In this document: piece by piece, positions 41,629 to 56,238 of the stretch
Layout: every line of letters starts with the position of its first letter
Numbering within the stretch: position 1 is the stretch's first letter
From: Octopus vulgaris
Taxonomy: Eukaryota
Assembly: GCA_951406725.2 (NCBI GenBank)
Contig: OX597817.1
Coordinates: 125,860,001-125,924,000, forward strand
Length of the DNA: 64,000 bases
Direction: 5' to 3'
Notes under the pieces: model-generated
Database searches by the model: none
The model's input: the letters and a program-made list of their open reading frames with translations, nothing else
Told to the model about the DNA's origin: nothing
Translations under genes and position numbers: made by a program

Positions 41629-43030
41629 ACACACAAATATATATATATATGGCTGAATTCATAGGTATATATATATATATATAAGTGTGTGTACACGTAT
41701 ACATGTGTATGTGTGTAACATCGCAAATGTTATATTCGTTTCACTTTATATACATACATATAGAGATAGCTATATAAATATATAGACACTACACAAACAC
41801 TTAGGTTGAATATCTCACATAAAATATGTCTGACTGTATGCATACGTATATGTATGAATGCATGTATGTGTGTATGTATAATGTGGTAAATATTTTCATG
41901 CTACATGTTTAGCTCTCAAATCCTTTATTTATTCAATATACATAGAAATACGACAGTTTTGACGGAAAAGTTCAACTTTGGAGTTTAATTGTATCTTCAT
42001 AGTTGATTGTGTTGATATGATGATAGGTACCAAACCAAAGTGTCAGCAGTTTGAATCTCTTAGTTGTTGATGTCCTTCTAATTACAGTTACTTCGACATT
42101 ATTTGTTCACTTCACAATTCGATATCATATTTGGTCTTTTATTAGCATCAGGTGGGAATTTTCTTCCTACAGCTAAAATCATTCAAAATTAGTCGGTGAT
42201 TACATATTATTATTATTCGTAAAATTAAACAAAAATTAAAAGGCACTGTTTTGTTTTACTGCCAGTGATGTAATCAACCACAACATTCTATACGTCGTTT
42301 AAGCAATTATGGCGATAGATACTCTCTGATAATGAGGAGGAATGGAATAGACAGTTTAGTTGGTTTCCATATCATATAGGTAGCTAGAGTTCTTGTGTTA
42401 GGAATATGTTAATAGAAAATTAGGTCTTGAGAGAATTTAAATTCTTCCAATAAAAAGGGCTGTAATTAAAAGCTATAACATTTTGCTTTTGCGTTGTGTC
42501 ATTTCTAGCCACTGAGACATTCATAAACTTTGAGTGCCGAATATAACATGCAATCAGCTATTGTGAATTTCTAAATGAGAACAAATTATTCAAGTGTATT
42601 ACATTTTAATAATAATTATCAAATGCTTTTCATTATATATTGGGATCGATTTTATGTAATGTATATCTCTTTCTGGCAGAGGGAAAAAATTCATTTGTAT
42701 TTGGAGGAAATTGTAGACATATTTCTAACACATCAAATGTCATGCACAGAAATTTTTAGAATATCTTTGGAATAGTAGTTTTAAATATTGGAAGATACAT
42801 GGTCTACAAAAACAAAAAATAATAAATCCCAAAGTTGATGAAACTACGACAATATCGAATATTCCTTAAGAAGCCAACAAATCAACACATTCCACAATGT
42901 GTTGTTTTTTTTGTCATAAGTGTAAACGACTATATGGCTTCTTTTCTATGCACTTCGTTTTTTTATGTAAGAAACATCACCACTAACTTGCTGTAGGATA
43001 TTTACCAAAGTTATTGTCTGTTGCTTATTC

Positions 43031-43134
43031 TATATCTATTCAGGAATCATACTTGTATATATATCTATACAGGAATCATACCTGTATATATCTATACAGG
43101 AATCATACCTGTATATATTTATACAGGAATCATA
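43031..43134 (+). repeat. 27-bp minisatellite (~3.5 copies) with an internal palindrome
   Basis: Unit CAGGAATCATACCTGTATATATCTATA; CCTGTATA and TATACAGG are reverse complements. Confidence 0.9.
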
Positions 43135-46100
43135 AAATGAATCCCAATTTCCTTGCTGAACAGCTTCCTACATTAGATTCGAGCTTTAAGCTAAATTTCC
43201 TATTCAGCTACATTCAATATATATTTTATACATATGCAATTTATTCATTAAATTGCTCAAGGTATTGCCAGATTGAACATCTTTTGCATACCATCAAATC
43301 TCTATCCATATGGAATTTGAATAAAGTTTAGGTGCAGTTATTTGTAATTTTGGTGAATATAAATATAAAGAAGCTAAAGAAGGAAAAAAGAGTGTAAAAA
43401 ATACAATGATATGGTTTGGGAACCCTTTCGTTTATTAAATATGTTTTCATATTAGAAATTCATTCACTAAATCATTTCAAAATATTACTCGTTGTTTCAC
43501 AAAACCAAGATAAATTTTGACATGTTGAGACAACAGCGCAACCAATGTCTTATGCCTATCGTTTAAACAAAATTAAATAAGTAGAACAAAAGCGGAGGAC
43601 AAAATAAATATATTTTTTGTTTCTGTATTCTTCATTTTAATACTTAATGACTATTAATTTTATAGGTTTAGGAATATCAATAAATTTTCATAGCTAATTA
43701 GATTAGATTTCAAAATAAATTTTGTATCTGTTTAATATTTCAGCATCAGTTAACATGAAATTAATGACCCATAAATATACATGAACGAAACCGATTCAAT
43801 GCTGAAGGATGTGTGTTTCAGAAAAGTCAAGTGTTGAGTGAAGCTGCATTAAAGCAGATAATTACATGCTGGTTGTTTTCCTAATAGTTTTACTTCCTGC
43901 TTCTGAATATTCCATCACAGCAATGTTTAGTTACCATTTGCATGATTTTCTTTAATTTTTTTTATTTTTGGTGTTTTCCTATGAAGCTATAATTTAGGCT
44001 ATAAAATACAATAGCATTAAGTAACACTACTCAGACCTTTGTAGTAGTACACTACATTTTTTCTCAGCAGCAGAAGAAAATTATGCAAAGTAACATGAAT
44101 AACACTGAAAGCTGAGGTAAGAGCAATCAACAGACTGAATCTCCTTTCTTCCTCTCTATCTTTATAGATTAATGGCTATTGAGCAGTCCCATTACTTGTA
44201 TTGCAAGTAAATAAAACTTCCTTAGCAAATGCCATTTGAACTAATGCATTATATTATCTACTCATAATGTACTATGAAACAGAGTGTAAGAAGTTGCTGA
44301 AGTCAACAAGGTGTCCAACTAACAGTAAAAGTTTAGCGGTTCATATCCTATCAATCTTTTCACCAGCGGTGTGATATATATATGAAACTTACACGCTCTA
44401 AATCTCTGAATTACTTTCCATCTAGTTGTTACTATGTCTCATATGATATTACGTTAAAACACTCGATGGTATGCAATTCAAGCAATTTTCACTTAACTAA
44501 GAAGTTGTATTTTTGATAGCTTGCAGAGGTGAGTTCATTTCTTCATTTGAATTTGTATAAAATTAAGATACTTGACTGCAGCTCACGGCATGTGTATGAA
44601 CAGGCAAGAGAATATCCTTATAATTTTTAACTGAATCATATGAGTTAGAGGTAGAAGGCCATTTCCTGTCATTATTCCATAAACCTGATAACAGGTCAAA
44701 ACACAGTTAAAGTTGCTCATACACCAGGTAGACGAGGTTTAAAAGCGAGTGAAAGATTCGGCTAAACTTGGTATGCCAAAAATAATTGTGAAAGCTCTCT
44801 CAAATAACTCTTTCGCCTTATAAGAAAAAGGAATGTTACAATGAAAATCATACTTCTTAATATGCTATCTGAATTAGAGATGTGAAGTTCGCTTAGGAAA
44901 TACATTTGATCATATCTAAGCATTCAGAGCATATATGGGGAGAAACAATGCATTGTGCATCTTAGTATTTTGTATTCACATAGACCCGTCTCTGTTTAAT
45001 GGTGCACCGTTCAAAAATAATTCTTTCTTGTAACATTAAAAAAAAGTCGTGTATACAGGTGGTGTTCAGAGAATTGTTGTGAAAACAGAGATTCTGTTCA
45101 GAGCAGTTAGCACTAAATGTCTATACGAGACGCCTTCTCAAGAAGAATACGGCATCATTGTGACTTTCGTACAGTATATATGTATATATGTGTGTGTGAG
45201 TGTATATATATTCATTAATCAAATACCATTATTTTTATTCAAACTCACAGCTGCTTGCGACACCAGTGACGTATTAATCACTGTTTATATATCTTTCTTT
45301 TACTCAAAGCCATACACATACACGCACACTCACTCACACACACATACATACACACATAAATACATACATACATACATATGTTGTTAGATAGATGGTTCTA
45401 AATTGCTGATGATCAGGTACACAAATAATATGGGATTTTTTAGCCTAAATAAATCTTGTTTTGGAACTGTAACTCATTACTTGGTTTATCTCTTTGTTAT
45501 TTTCCCATCTTATTTAGATGGTTATTTTGCTTTACATTCGTGCAAGACATAGTAATACTAATGGCGAAGAATAGAAGAATTCATTCATGTCTTTTGTGTA
45601 CTATCTCGTCTCTGAAAATAAATCTATGATAGACCAGTGTAATATGGTCGATGAAAGTTACCTAGCATCTGCTTAGTATTGTAAATACTATATACAAGCA
45701 GTAATTATCAACGATTGTTTGAATTGAGAAAACATCTTACAATAGGATATAAATGGTTTAAACAAATATGATAATATCATATATGCCATGTAACAAAATG
45801 TTAGATCAAGTAAGATTATCAAAATACTTCATAGTGGAAATATCCTCAAGAGATATTTATTATCTGGAAACAAGGAAAAGAAATACTTGAAATGATATCA
45901 GTTTATTAAAGTGCTTAAACAACAGTAACACCTGGAGAGTATTTGCATCGCTGTTTATCGTAAGGAAATGTCTGTGGCTTCCAACATCTAGGTTTAGAGA
46001 CAAAATTCACTCAAAACTGCATTGTTTATATTGTATACAATTTCCGTTCAACTACCGATCACACTGTAGTTATCTATCTTGTTTTCAGATGTTAAACTTA

Positions 46101-46212
46101 CTAACAGGGGATGTTTAGTAACTAATTACTTCGAAAGTCCGTCTTGATCAAAATTGTTCAACTTTCTATATAAAATAAATTAGACATTATCGTATTTGTT
46201 ATTGATATGCGC

Positions 46213-47067
46213 AAACCTGATTTATTCCACCTGTATAGTGAGAAAGCTCTAAAGAGCATCAAGACAATTGCAGAGCTACGATGGGGGAAAAGGAATTATA
46301 ACAATCTGAGGTACGCAGGTGATACGGCTTTGTTGGCGGACACAGAAAAGAAGCTTCAGGGACTGATTAATATCGCGTCTAAGGCGAGTGGACTGCTTGG
46401 ATTGAAGAATAACTGTCAGAAAACCTTTTAATGGTCTGTACAAAGAAGCACAGGTACCAGTATATCGCTTGATGGTGGACGGAACTGGGATAAAGTAGAA
46501 GGAGTATTATATATCTGTGAAGTTGGATAACATCAGATGGAAGGTCAGATAAAGACATCAAATGCAGAAATGGATTAGCAAAGAAGAATTTTATGGATAT
46601 GTGGAGCATATTTTGTGCAAAGAGAATTGGAATGGAAGTCAAGAAAAGACTATTGAATTGCTACATCTGCTCGGTACTGACGTATGGATGTGAGACTTGG
46701 GAGATCAGCAAATTCAAGGAGCTGCAGAAATGTAAATGTGGCTTTATTTCGTGGATAGAAAGGGTGTTGAATGTGGAAGTGCTGAAGAAGATGAAAGTGA
46801 AGAGACAGTTGATTGATACTCTAAGACAGAAACAGTGAAGAATTGTTGGTCATTTTCTCAGAGTGGATGACGGAATGGAGCGTTACATGGTGGAGACTGA
46901 GCTGGTGGGTAGGAGGGCGAGAGAAAAGCAGGGAATGAAGTTGTTTGACTGGATAAAGAAGAGATTGAACATGCAGAGCGAAAAAGACCTGGGTGATGTT
47001 GTCAGAGACAGAAATAACTGGAGGAGGAACAAGCAATGATTCGTCTAAAGTATAAATATGCCAAGAC

Positions 47068-47112
<45 letters not shown>
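46213..47112 (+). mobile_element. RTE-clade LINE 3' fragment with (GA)n tail
   Basis: PDLFHLYSE..NNLRYAGDTALLADTEKKLQ (YADD region) and CYICSVLTYGCETW..ISWIERVLNVEVL; frameshifted; ends in (GA)n. Confidence 0.92.
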
Positions 47113-47116
<4 letters not shown>

Positions 47117-48784
47117 GAAAGCACCCATGTTTAATTCGCCTCAGTCACTTTACACAAATTATTTCTATTTTAATCTTGGTATTAGAGATTCCAAAGTTTA
47201 TACATAAAGCCACAATTTTGACAGAGTAAAATATATACTATGTTCATTTGAATTTTGATGCGCACATCTTATTTTAAACGTTTAGTGAATATATTATATT
47301 TCAAATATCCTGATTTCACTGATAAATCAACCTGATGAAATTAATAAGTTGCAGTGTTTCTAAACTTCATTATTGTTTGTTTAATACCTATTTAATTAGA
47401 AACAAATTTAGATTATTTCAATTGCTTGCAGACATTATTGCTTTGGTTGCATCCTAACTGATTAATATTTATGTATTATTCAGCATCGATTTCTTTCAAT
47501 TGAGCCTTACACCAACTTTTGACTAGGAAAATGTAATAAACTAAGAAATCAATCCCCTTGCCCAATGTAACGATTTATGACTAAAGGGAGTATTGTGAGA
47601 TGTAAGGGAAATCTTAACCTATTTCTACCAAGGAAATCGGTTACATAGAGGTTATTTCATTATTTGTTGCTCTATATTGTACGATTTCTGTTGCAAGCAT
47701 CCAGACCAATTTCATTTCTTTTGATAATATCAAAATCTTAATCCGTCAGTGTTAGCGTATTGTGTAAAATTCGTGTTGTTTTTGAGCAATGAATGCCATC
47801 TAAATTTTAGCCCAGCGAGTGAATCGATGTGAATACATCTACTACTCACAGTGACTAAAATATCGACATGGACCAGCCAATCAATAACCACAAATAAACA
47901 GTGAAGCTTGTTTTTCCTGTAACAATTGATGTTTTGTTTGATGATCAATAATACTAATCGACATATTGACTGATTCGCAACGCAATGGCCAAGCATCCTT
48001 GGCGAACTAATGAGCAATCAAGCTATCTTTGTTTTTTCGATCGGAAATCAGCATCCAGACCTGTCGACTGTAAAATAATTGTTGGGGATACTTAAGATTC
48101 TACTGTGAAAGGTTTTGCTTACTGCAATTTCAAGTCTGTTTATTGAAATTCTTTGAGAGCTGACGTTATCGCCCACCGATTTTTCTCTGATCAGCTGAAT
48201 TTATTCACCGTTGCCCCCATTATATGCTGCAAAAACATCAAATTTATTTACGAACGACAAACTACAATGTCAGATTTGATTTTAGAATTCTCGGTTATTA
48301 TCTTTACTACAGAGACTAACAAGTAGCATTCATATGATGAATGCCTTTAATCAAGCGACAAAATTATTAGGACAATAAGCTGATACAAGAGATTTTCTAC
48401 TATCCGAGTCGGTTATCGAAAAGAACTCATAAATGCATAGTAATTATGTGATTTTACTCGGGGATATAAATTTCCATCATTTTTTCAGTTGCAGGAATTG
48501 TCAAGCCTCAGTACATATGTAGAATTTAAAGTCAATATTTCAGTTAAGGTAATTAAAAGAAAAATATAAATATATTCAACCATTCTAAGTATATGTATTT
48601 AAGACAAAAATGAAATTTCTAATAGAGGATGTTCTTCACTGATAAGTTCACATATTTAGATCGAGAATTACTATGATGCTTGTATAAGGAAAGTATGCAG
48701 GCAAAAAGCAATACACATTGGAATAGCTGAGCAATGAAGATATATCAGGTCCAACCATATCTCTCTCTTTCTTATCTTCATGCA

Positions 48785-48905
48785 TGACGCTCAGGAAACA
48801 GGTATTCAGGCACGTGTTAAGACAGACGAAAATAATTCTCTTCGCAACTACGACGTGTTGGTAAGAGATTTCGCTAGAATTCGGTAGTCAGTCATCAGGA
48901 AATGT
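48785..48905 (-). other. Possible decayed hammerhead-bearing remnant
   Basis: Minus strand CTGATGA-CTGACTA..TAGC-GAAA. Shares GACGCTCAGGAAA with the 18441 element. Stems I and III could not be recovered. Confidence 0.3.
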
Positions 48906-49035
48906 GAGTGTGTGTGAGACAAGCACGCTGTGTGTGTATACATATACATACGTACGATTATTTCTATATATATATATATATATATACATATATATAAATG
49001 TATATAAATATATATATATATACATACATACATAT

Positions 49036-49073
<38 letters not shown>

Positions 49074-49795
49074 GAATGCATAAAAATAGAGAGTGAGAGT
49101 GTGAAAACAAATAATTATACTAAGGTAACATATTCGAATATATGTTACATCACTATATCGGTAAACCGAAATATATTGTTAGACTGCGAACAATATTTTG
49201 ATATTGCTAATGATGTTTAGGATGTCAACAGCAGACTTGATAACATCCTAATTAGAAAATACTTCCTTCATATTAATATGATAATTTGACTCTCTCACGT
49301 ACATATACAATCACTCACTCTACATTAATAAATGCATAATGTTTAGTATATGAATATACATACATGGTTGTATGGTCTACTTGCATTTTTATACACTATA
49401 GTTATTCCAATCTATAACAGAGAATACATTTTATTCTCTCTTACCAAATTTGTTCGAATTTTGTAAACAATAGATTTAATATCTATGAAACTTTGTAAAA
49501 TAACTTAAAGTATCAGGAAAAGGCATTAACTTTCAACTTTTCAAATGTCGTTTGCATGCAGTCAAGTGATGGCTATTAGCGATATGTTAGAATTCATATG
49601 CTCATGATAGGCATAATGATATGTGTTCCGAAATTGTATAAGCTGTTTTCTTAATAAATATACTTATTATGAAGCATCATTATTTTATTATGCCGATTTG
49701 TGTACCATTATGTATGATATACACGTCATTCATATTTATTTCACAATAATCTTCTTGAAATGTAAGATTATATATATGTATATAAATACACATAC

Positions 49796-49839
<44 letters not shown>

Positions 49840-49846
49840 ATGTATG

Positions 49847-49985
<139 letters not shown>

Positions 49986-50004
49986 TAAATTTTTTAAAAG
50001 GTTT

Positions 50005-50219
50005 ACTCTTTTACACTTTTACTTGTTTCAGTCATTTGACTGTGACCATGCTGGAGCACCGCCTTTAATCGAGCAAATCAAACCCAGTACTTATGTTTTG
50101 TAAGCCTGTTACTTATTCTATCGTTCTCTTTTGCCGAACGGCTTCGTTACGGGGATGCAAACACACCAGCATCGGTTGTTAAGCGATGTTGAGGAGACAA
50201 ACACAAACACACACACACA
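50005..50219 (-). mobile_element. CORE-type SINE, 3' half
   Basis: TTTCAGTCATTTGACTGTGACCATGCTGGAGCACCGCC...CTTTTGCCGAACGG...AAACACACCAGCATCGGTTG. Confidence 0.9.
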
Positions 50220-50220
50220 C

Positions 50221-50286
<66 letters not shown>

Positions 50287-50383
50287 GAACTTTCTATCAA
50301 TATATTTGGTGAAACACAGTTGGCATCTGGATCGCTTTTTCACTATCCCTTACAGGAACATTGCTTCCTCAAATTCTGAGTGT

Positions 50384-50460
<77 letters not shown>

Positions 50461-51969
50461 GTATATATGCATGTATGTGTGTGTTTGTGTGTTGGTGTGA
50501 GTCTGTGGTTGAGCACGTGCACAGTATGGCATAATGAATGTTTAAGAACATTGCTTTTCCAAGTTCATGGTCCAGCGTTCAACGTGACATCGTAGAAAAG
50601 GACTTTAGGAAAAATACATTTTCTATACCTTACTTTGAACTATACCTTGTGAAAAAACTGCTTTATTGAAGTCGACTAAAATTCGCTTATTTCGAATGAC
50701 TCCTCTGTAGTAAAGCGTATCATTTCCTTTTACTTCAGACAAATCTGTAGGTCTGGGGTTGTGCTTTCTTCTAGTAGCTGTCACACCTTTGCATTTATTC
50801 AGCGATGTATTGGATCAGGTTATGAATATCTGTGTACGATTGTTTTCCTCTGCATGACGGCAACATTTTTTAAAACTAATAATGAAAGCTAGTTACTTAC
50901 TGTGGTGGTTTGGTTTTAATTTTTTATGAATATGTTTATCGATTCAGTATACGTAGAGTGTATGCGTTTGCACATGCACACGCCAGCATAAATATTTTTG
51001 AAATATATTAAGAGGAGAATGTAAATAAAAACAAATTATAAAGATAGATTAAGAGAAGCCTGAATTTAAGTGAAATGAAAAAGACACGAATGAGCGCAGA
51101 ACAATGAAACAAACGGATTTCCTACGATTATTTCGAATTTAACTATTAAAATATATGGAATATCCTTTAATGTAATTCTAAATGAAAAATATGCATTGAA
51201 ATGTGGTGAATTTATATTAGGAAGATAAAAGTAAGACAATTTATGGCGCCAAGCGTACAATTTAGTGTCGAGAATGTTTTGCAACTAAAAGGTACCATAT
51301 GAAAGGAATAAGAGACAATGTCTCATAAAACTTGATGAAAAGCAACATAACATAAAAATAAACTTGCGATGTATTTGAACCTGGAAATATTTTTAGGTAA
51401 TATTAGAGTTCAATATGTAAGGGTTACACAGCAAGTAAGATCGTATAGATTAAGTACGAATAGCATAATGAAAATAATTTCTTGTGGTACTCAGTGCCCG
51501 TATATCAGTTATAGAAGAAATACTTATAAAGTAATGACGAAAAATTATATAGAATAATATTCATTTTATGTATATTTAAAACATTTAAAATATGGACGTG
51601 TATCTCAAACAATATGAAACGTAACGTGAAATCTGAGTAAAGTTTTCATGCACTTAGTTATACAGTTCTGAATAAAATATTAAAGCAGTGACTATTAAAT
51701 AAGTTTTTAAAAAATCAAACAAAATCATTAGCATGATATAGTAGAAATTTTATTGGTATATGTGTCACAAAATATTGATTTAAGATTAGCAACAAGCATA
51801 TGATCTGAAAATTTCAAAGATATAGAAACAGATACCTTACAAGATATTGTAGAGAAGACAAGCTGTATATGTTTTGTATGCAGAGTTTTGAATAAATATT
51901 TATAGACTTGTTCAATAGTACATTATAGTATGTACATTTACATACGTGCATATATACATACCTGCTTAT

Positions 51970-52155
<186 letters not shown>

Positions 52156-52344
52156 CTGTTTGTGTGTGTACGTGCGCGCAGGCGTGTATGTGTATGTGAA
52201 GATTTCACTTGAGCAATACTAATAACCAGAACTGAATATGCACATGCATTAGAGAAGAGTATTAGGAGAGTTTAAAGTAAAATGTTAATAGAAAACAAGA
52301 TGAAAGGAGTCACATGATCAAATTCATTAGCTTCGGTTACAAGA

Positions 52345-53739
52345 AGCAATGCAATCAGAATTCAGTGCAACAACTTTTTATACGGACAATCTTTTTTTCA
52401 GGTGCGTCCGACCACATGCCATACATGGGTCTACATCACGATATTTTTTCCGCTTTTCCTGTAAAACTTTATTTGTCTTCCGAATTTTTTGTACTGGTTT
52501 ATGTGAAAACACTCTTTCCGTTGAATCTCTTCCATGTCACGCCTTAATTATAATATCATGTCACACTCTTCCTATAGTTTCTGCTGTGTCAAATCCAAGT
52601 TCGTTTCCAGTTTTGCCAGAATTTTCGTTCGGACTTCTGCATCCCATTTATCAGTCAATCTTGTACAAAAAGCAAACACTTGCAAGAATCTGGCGTAAGC
52701 ATATCCAGACTAAATCTCTTACACTCTTTCTTTACCATGCCTGTCTAAGTAGTGAAATTTTCCCCTTCGCTCTTTTCTGTGTTTAAATATTGCATCTAGT
52801 GAGCTTTTTACACTTAACTCTTTGCTCAAAATGTCAACTGTGACGGTGAGATTTATGTCGGACGTTTTTGTTTTTGGGTGGGGGGAATTTAAACTGACTA
52901 TACTTCTCATGCTCTGCTGTCGCTACTTTTGTTAAACCTGGTTGAGTTTTTATCTCGTCCAGCCAATCCTTGCATTCTTTTTCAAATTTACTGAAGTCTT
53001 CGAAAGTAAGCCTCGAAGGTTACTCTTTCTGCAGGGTCATATTTGAATTCGCTAATGGAATTTGCTACATGGTCAGGCGAAAATGTATTCTCCAGTTCAA
53101 TTATCATTAGTCGTCACACTCCCTGCTGTAATCCTTGTTGTTGTTTGTGTTGTTGTTTGAGTTGTTGTTGTTGCTGTTTTTGCAAGTCAGCTACCCCAGC
53201 TAACAAAGCGTTCATATTGTACGATTTTCATAAGTTTTCACAGTATTTTTGTTTCTCTTCTGTTGAGTTAATTAATTTTCCACGTGTGTCTGTTTAAACT
53301 CTCCGTGTGAATATTTTTGTGTTTCACTCCGCGTAAATTTGTTTTTCCTCGTTGTCACTCTTTTAAAGTGGTGTAATGTGTGACTGCCGTTGTACTAGTT
53401 GCTGTGTTACGCTAGTAGCCACAATACTTACCAGTCATCGGATACGATTGCATCTCTTCGTACAGGTATAGTAATACACTAACTTCTTCTATCTTATCGC
53501 TGATAGATTCACAACACACCGATTAGAACTGTCGACTCTAAACTCTTCGACCCTCTCTTGACGACTGGGTACTGGTCTATTTATTATGGTTCTGTTGTAC
53601 CACTTTTTACCGGGTGGGGTATGCAGTTTCCCAATACAACATTCTCACATGGAGTCGTGGTGCATAAATTTACTCATATAGACTCGAGTCCATATGAGAG
53701 ATTTACTATGTAAATACTGCCGTATTCTGTGCTGCAACA
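52345..53739 (-). mobile_element. Ty3/Gypsy LTR retrotransposon, 5' part (LTR, PBS, gag), truncated
   Basis: LTR TGTTGCA...CATTACA (53739-53372) with AATAAA at 53585-53580; decayed PBS TGACAACGAGG (53357-53347); gag downstream. Confidence 0.85.
52350..53215 (-). pseudogene. gag: Gypsy gag pseudogene
   Basis: MNALLAG..QQQQ..SEFKYDPAERVTFEAYFRR..FEKECKDW..AEHEKY..KCLLFVQ..DAEVRTKILAKLE..PCMACGRTHLKKDCPY (CCHC knuckle), with stops and frameshifts. Confidence 0.85.
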
Positions 53740-54091
53740 ACACAGCTACGTTAAATTCGACATAGATATTGCTTTTTGTCACCAGCAATTATTTTAAAAT
53801 CAGTCTTCTGGCTGTCTGTGATATCAGAGCCTGAAAAGACACTGATATTCTATATGTCATCCACAGTGAGATTCGGATGTTATGTTGCTTCAGGACGTGT
53901 GCCACTGAGCAGCCAAGAACAGGGTAAAATCACGGAAGCTGGCACTTCCGGTTGTTGTAGCAGACGATGTTCGTCTGTTAATGATATTGATATGTGAGCT
54001 TCTAAGCTTCACGAATTCAAATTAGAGGTTCTCGCCAGGTTAATAACGCCGTGTTCGTTGTTCTAACAAAGCATCCACGTTAAGCTGGATG

Positions 54092-54123
<32 letters not shown>

Positions 54124-54183
54124 AACAGACAGACACACACACATACACACACACAAAGAACTACACACATATACACATATGCA

Positions 54184-54376
54184 CACGATGTGTGTGCCGA
54201 AAACCTCTTGGCTATGTGTAAGATCAATTCATCATAATTTTATTCAACATATGCACCTCATATTGCAAAGACCTTTTAATTCTTCTAAGCCATGTAAAAG
54301 AGCTAGGAAACTTTGGTGTCCAAACAGGACTTTAGCGATAACCTTAATGACAGGAACTTTTGAGCACCCCCTCGTA
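54184..54376. mobile_element. Mariner-type MITE
   Basis: CACGATGTGTGTGCCGAAAACCTCTTG ... CAGGAACTTTTGAGCACCCCCTCGTA; imperfect TIRs ending CTCG|TA. Confidence 0.65.
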
Positions 54377-54547
54377 TATGCTTTTTCATTATATCTTAGT
54401 CTCCAACGTAATGTAAAATTTGTTTATGAATACAGAAAGCTGTATTATTTATCATGAGAAGACCTCATGTCCTGGCTAGGGGTGTATATAAGTACTCCTA
54501 TTTATATTTATTGATAGACGTGAATCGTTTACTTTTGCTGCCAGAGC

Positions 54548-54590
54548 TACCAGGTACGTTATTTCACTCTGTTTCAGCTCTTCAGTGGTA
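54548..54590 (-). ncRNA. Type I hammerhead motif, two core-adjacent mutations
   Basis: Minus strand TACCA-CTGAAGA-GCT-GAAACAG-AGT-GAAA-TAACGTAC-C-TGGTA. Stem I is perfect; C11.1 has changed to U and U16.1 to C. Confidence 0.6.
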
Positions 54591-54739
54591 AAATATAGTA
54601 GTGATATATCTGTCGAATCTCAGCGTCAACGATATATAGGATTTCAATTCCTTTTCGGACACTGATGTCGCAAATGGCCAGGAGTTATTAAAAAATTAAT
54701 TAACAGCAACACAAGTAGTAATAATGCAAAAAGAGAATA

Positions 54740-55070
54740 TTTATCTTCAACTTTACCTGCATCGTCATAGAGCACAAAATACAACATTATTTACATCGAG
54801 AGAATCTTTAATATTTACCTGTGGTGTATAAAAGTGCTCGTATGTATAACGTTAATAACACATAAGATATATCAGCAGGAGGGGAAACGCTCCCTGCGCC
54901 ATTGGCAAGTATCCATGGTCTGCCGCATATTAAGACAAAGGCAATTGCTACTCATGTAGTAAAGGAATGATTAAAATCAGTGATGTAGCAATTTGCCGGC
55001 AATCCAAGAGAAAAGTTTCTACGTGCGACAGAAACAGCATTAATTTAAAGCAGCAATCTTAAAAACATTC
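54740..55070 (+). pseudogene. Possible Penelope GIY-YIG endonuclease remnant
   Basis: Fragments NIIYIE..TCG..YV and REKFLRATETALI*SSNL follow the GIY-YIG ..IY..C..Y / R...E...I....LN layout, next to an inverted hammerhead. Confidence 0.3.
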
Positions 55071-56238
55071 TTAAAACAGAACAAACTTTGAAAACCTGCC
55101 TAAAGCAGTATACTTTCCGAGATAACATTCTTTGAGACGTATAGCGTTAACACGCAACAGTAGCTAATGAGAAACTGCAATCTAAGACAAAACGGGCCGC
55201 CACCAGGTATAGTCATTGAGAAATCATTGGTTTCGCATTTAGCCATCAGGCTAAACAAATACACTTAAATATACAAATTCAAAAATATATACGAAAACAT
55301 TTATTTTTGTATGTCTGTCGGTGTTTGTGTGCGTCTTTATGTTTGTGTGTGTTTGTAAGCGTCTTTATATTTGTGAGCCTGACCAAACGTTTCGGTAAAA
55401 TATGGGTCATGAAATACAAAGTATACTTAAATAATACATTTTAGTGACCATTTCCTTGATTAAATCCTTCAAGACAGCATGGCAGTTCTCCAATGATTGG
55501 AAATAATAATAAAAGAAAATAATACTACAGAAATATATAAATATATACATGCCAGTATATATTCATACGTGAGAATTATAGATTATTTTTAGTAGATGCC
55601 GATAAAAAGTTACGTACATTGAACAACTTTCTAACTGCTTTTTCCGTTTACTAATTATTTGCTTTCTCCTTCTAATTGCAGACAATGTTAGTTATTAAAA
55701 TTATGAAAGAATTTTTTTCCTCCACTCATTTCTGTTTAATTTAGTCTTCACTGCCTACTTCAAAATATTTTATCGATAGTAATATAGAAAATAACAAATA
55801 AAACGATTTGTATTAGAATATATTAGGTTAATTTCAAAGAAGATTCTTCATATTTGTACAAGAAAATTAGAACTATTAATTCATTTCAAATTACTCACAT
55901 TGAAATTAATTAAACTCATAATACGTATTATTTCTATTGTATTAGGACATTTCAATATGATATTATTTTTGTTTTGATATACGTTTTTAATGAACAAATT
56001 ACGTAGTTAAATAAATAATTCTGTAAACATTAGTTCATATTTAAATTACGAATATTTCTTTGAAATTCTTTCATATATAGCAGTGTTTTGATGGTAATTC
56101 AATTATTCATTTATCGGATTCAGACATTGTACATTCATAACAATACTAATACAAGACAAATAAAGAAATTACATACCCAAAGCTCATGAAGCTGCACTGA
56201 ATACTGCAGTGAAAATCTATAAAAGTCTACAATATGAC

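Noticed and set aside
43031-43134. CRISPR-like palindromic repeats
   Set aside because: Head-to-tail units with no unique spacers, no cas genes and a eukaryotic context.
52349-53297. Plus-strand ORFs (145 aa; Cys-rich 84 aa)
   Set aside because: Antisense shadows of the Gypsy gag; the Cys run is the complement of its poly-Gln codons.
55224-55252. Minus-strand CTGATG-GC..GC-GAAAC motif
   Set aside because: A9 is missing and stems I and III are unsupported.
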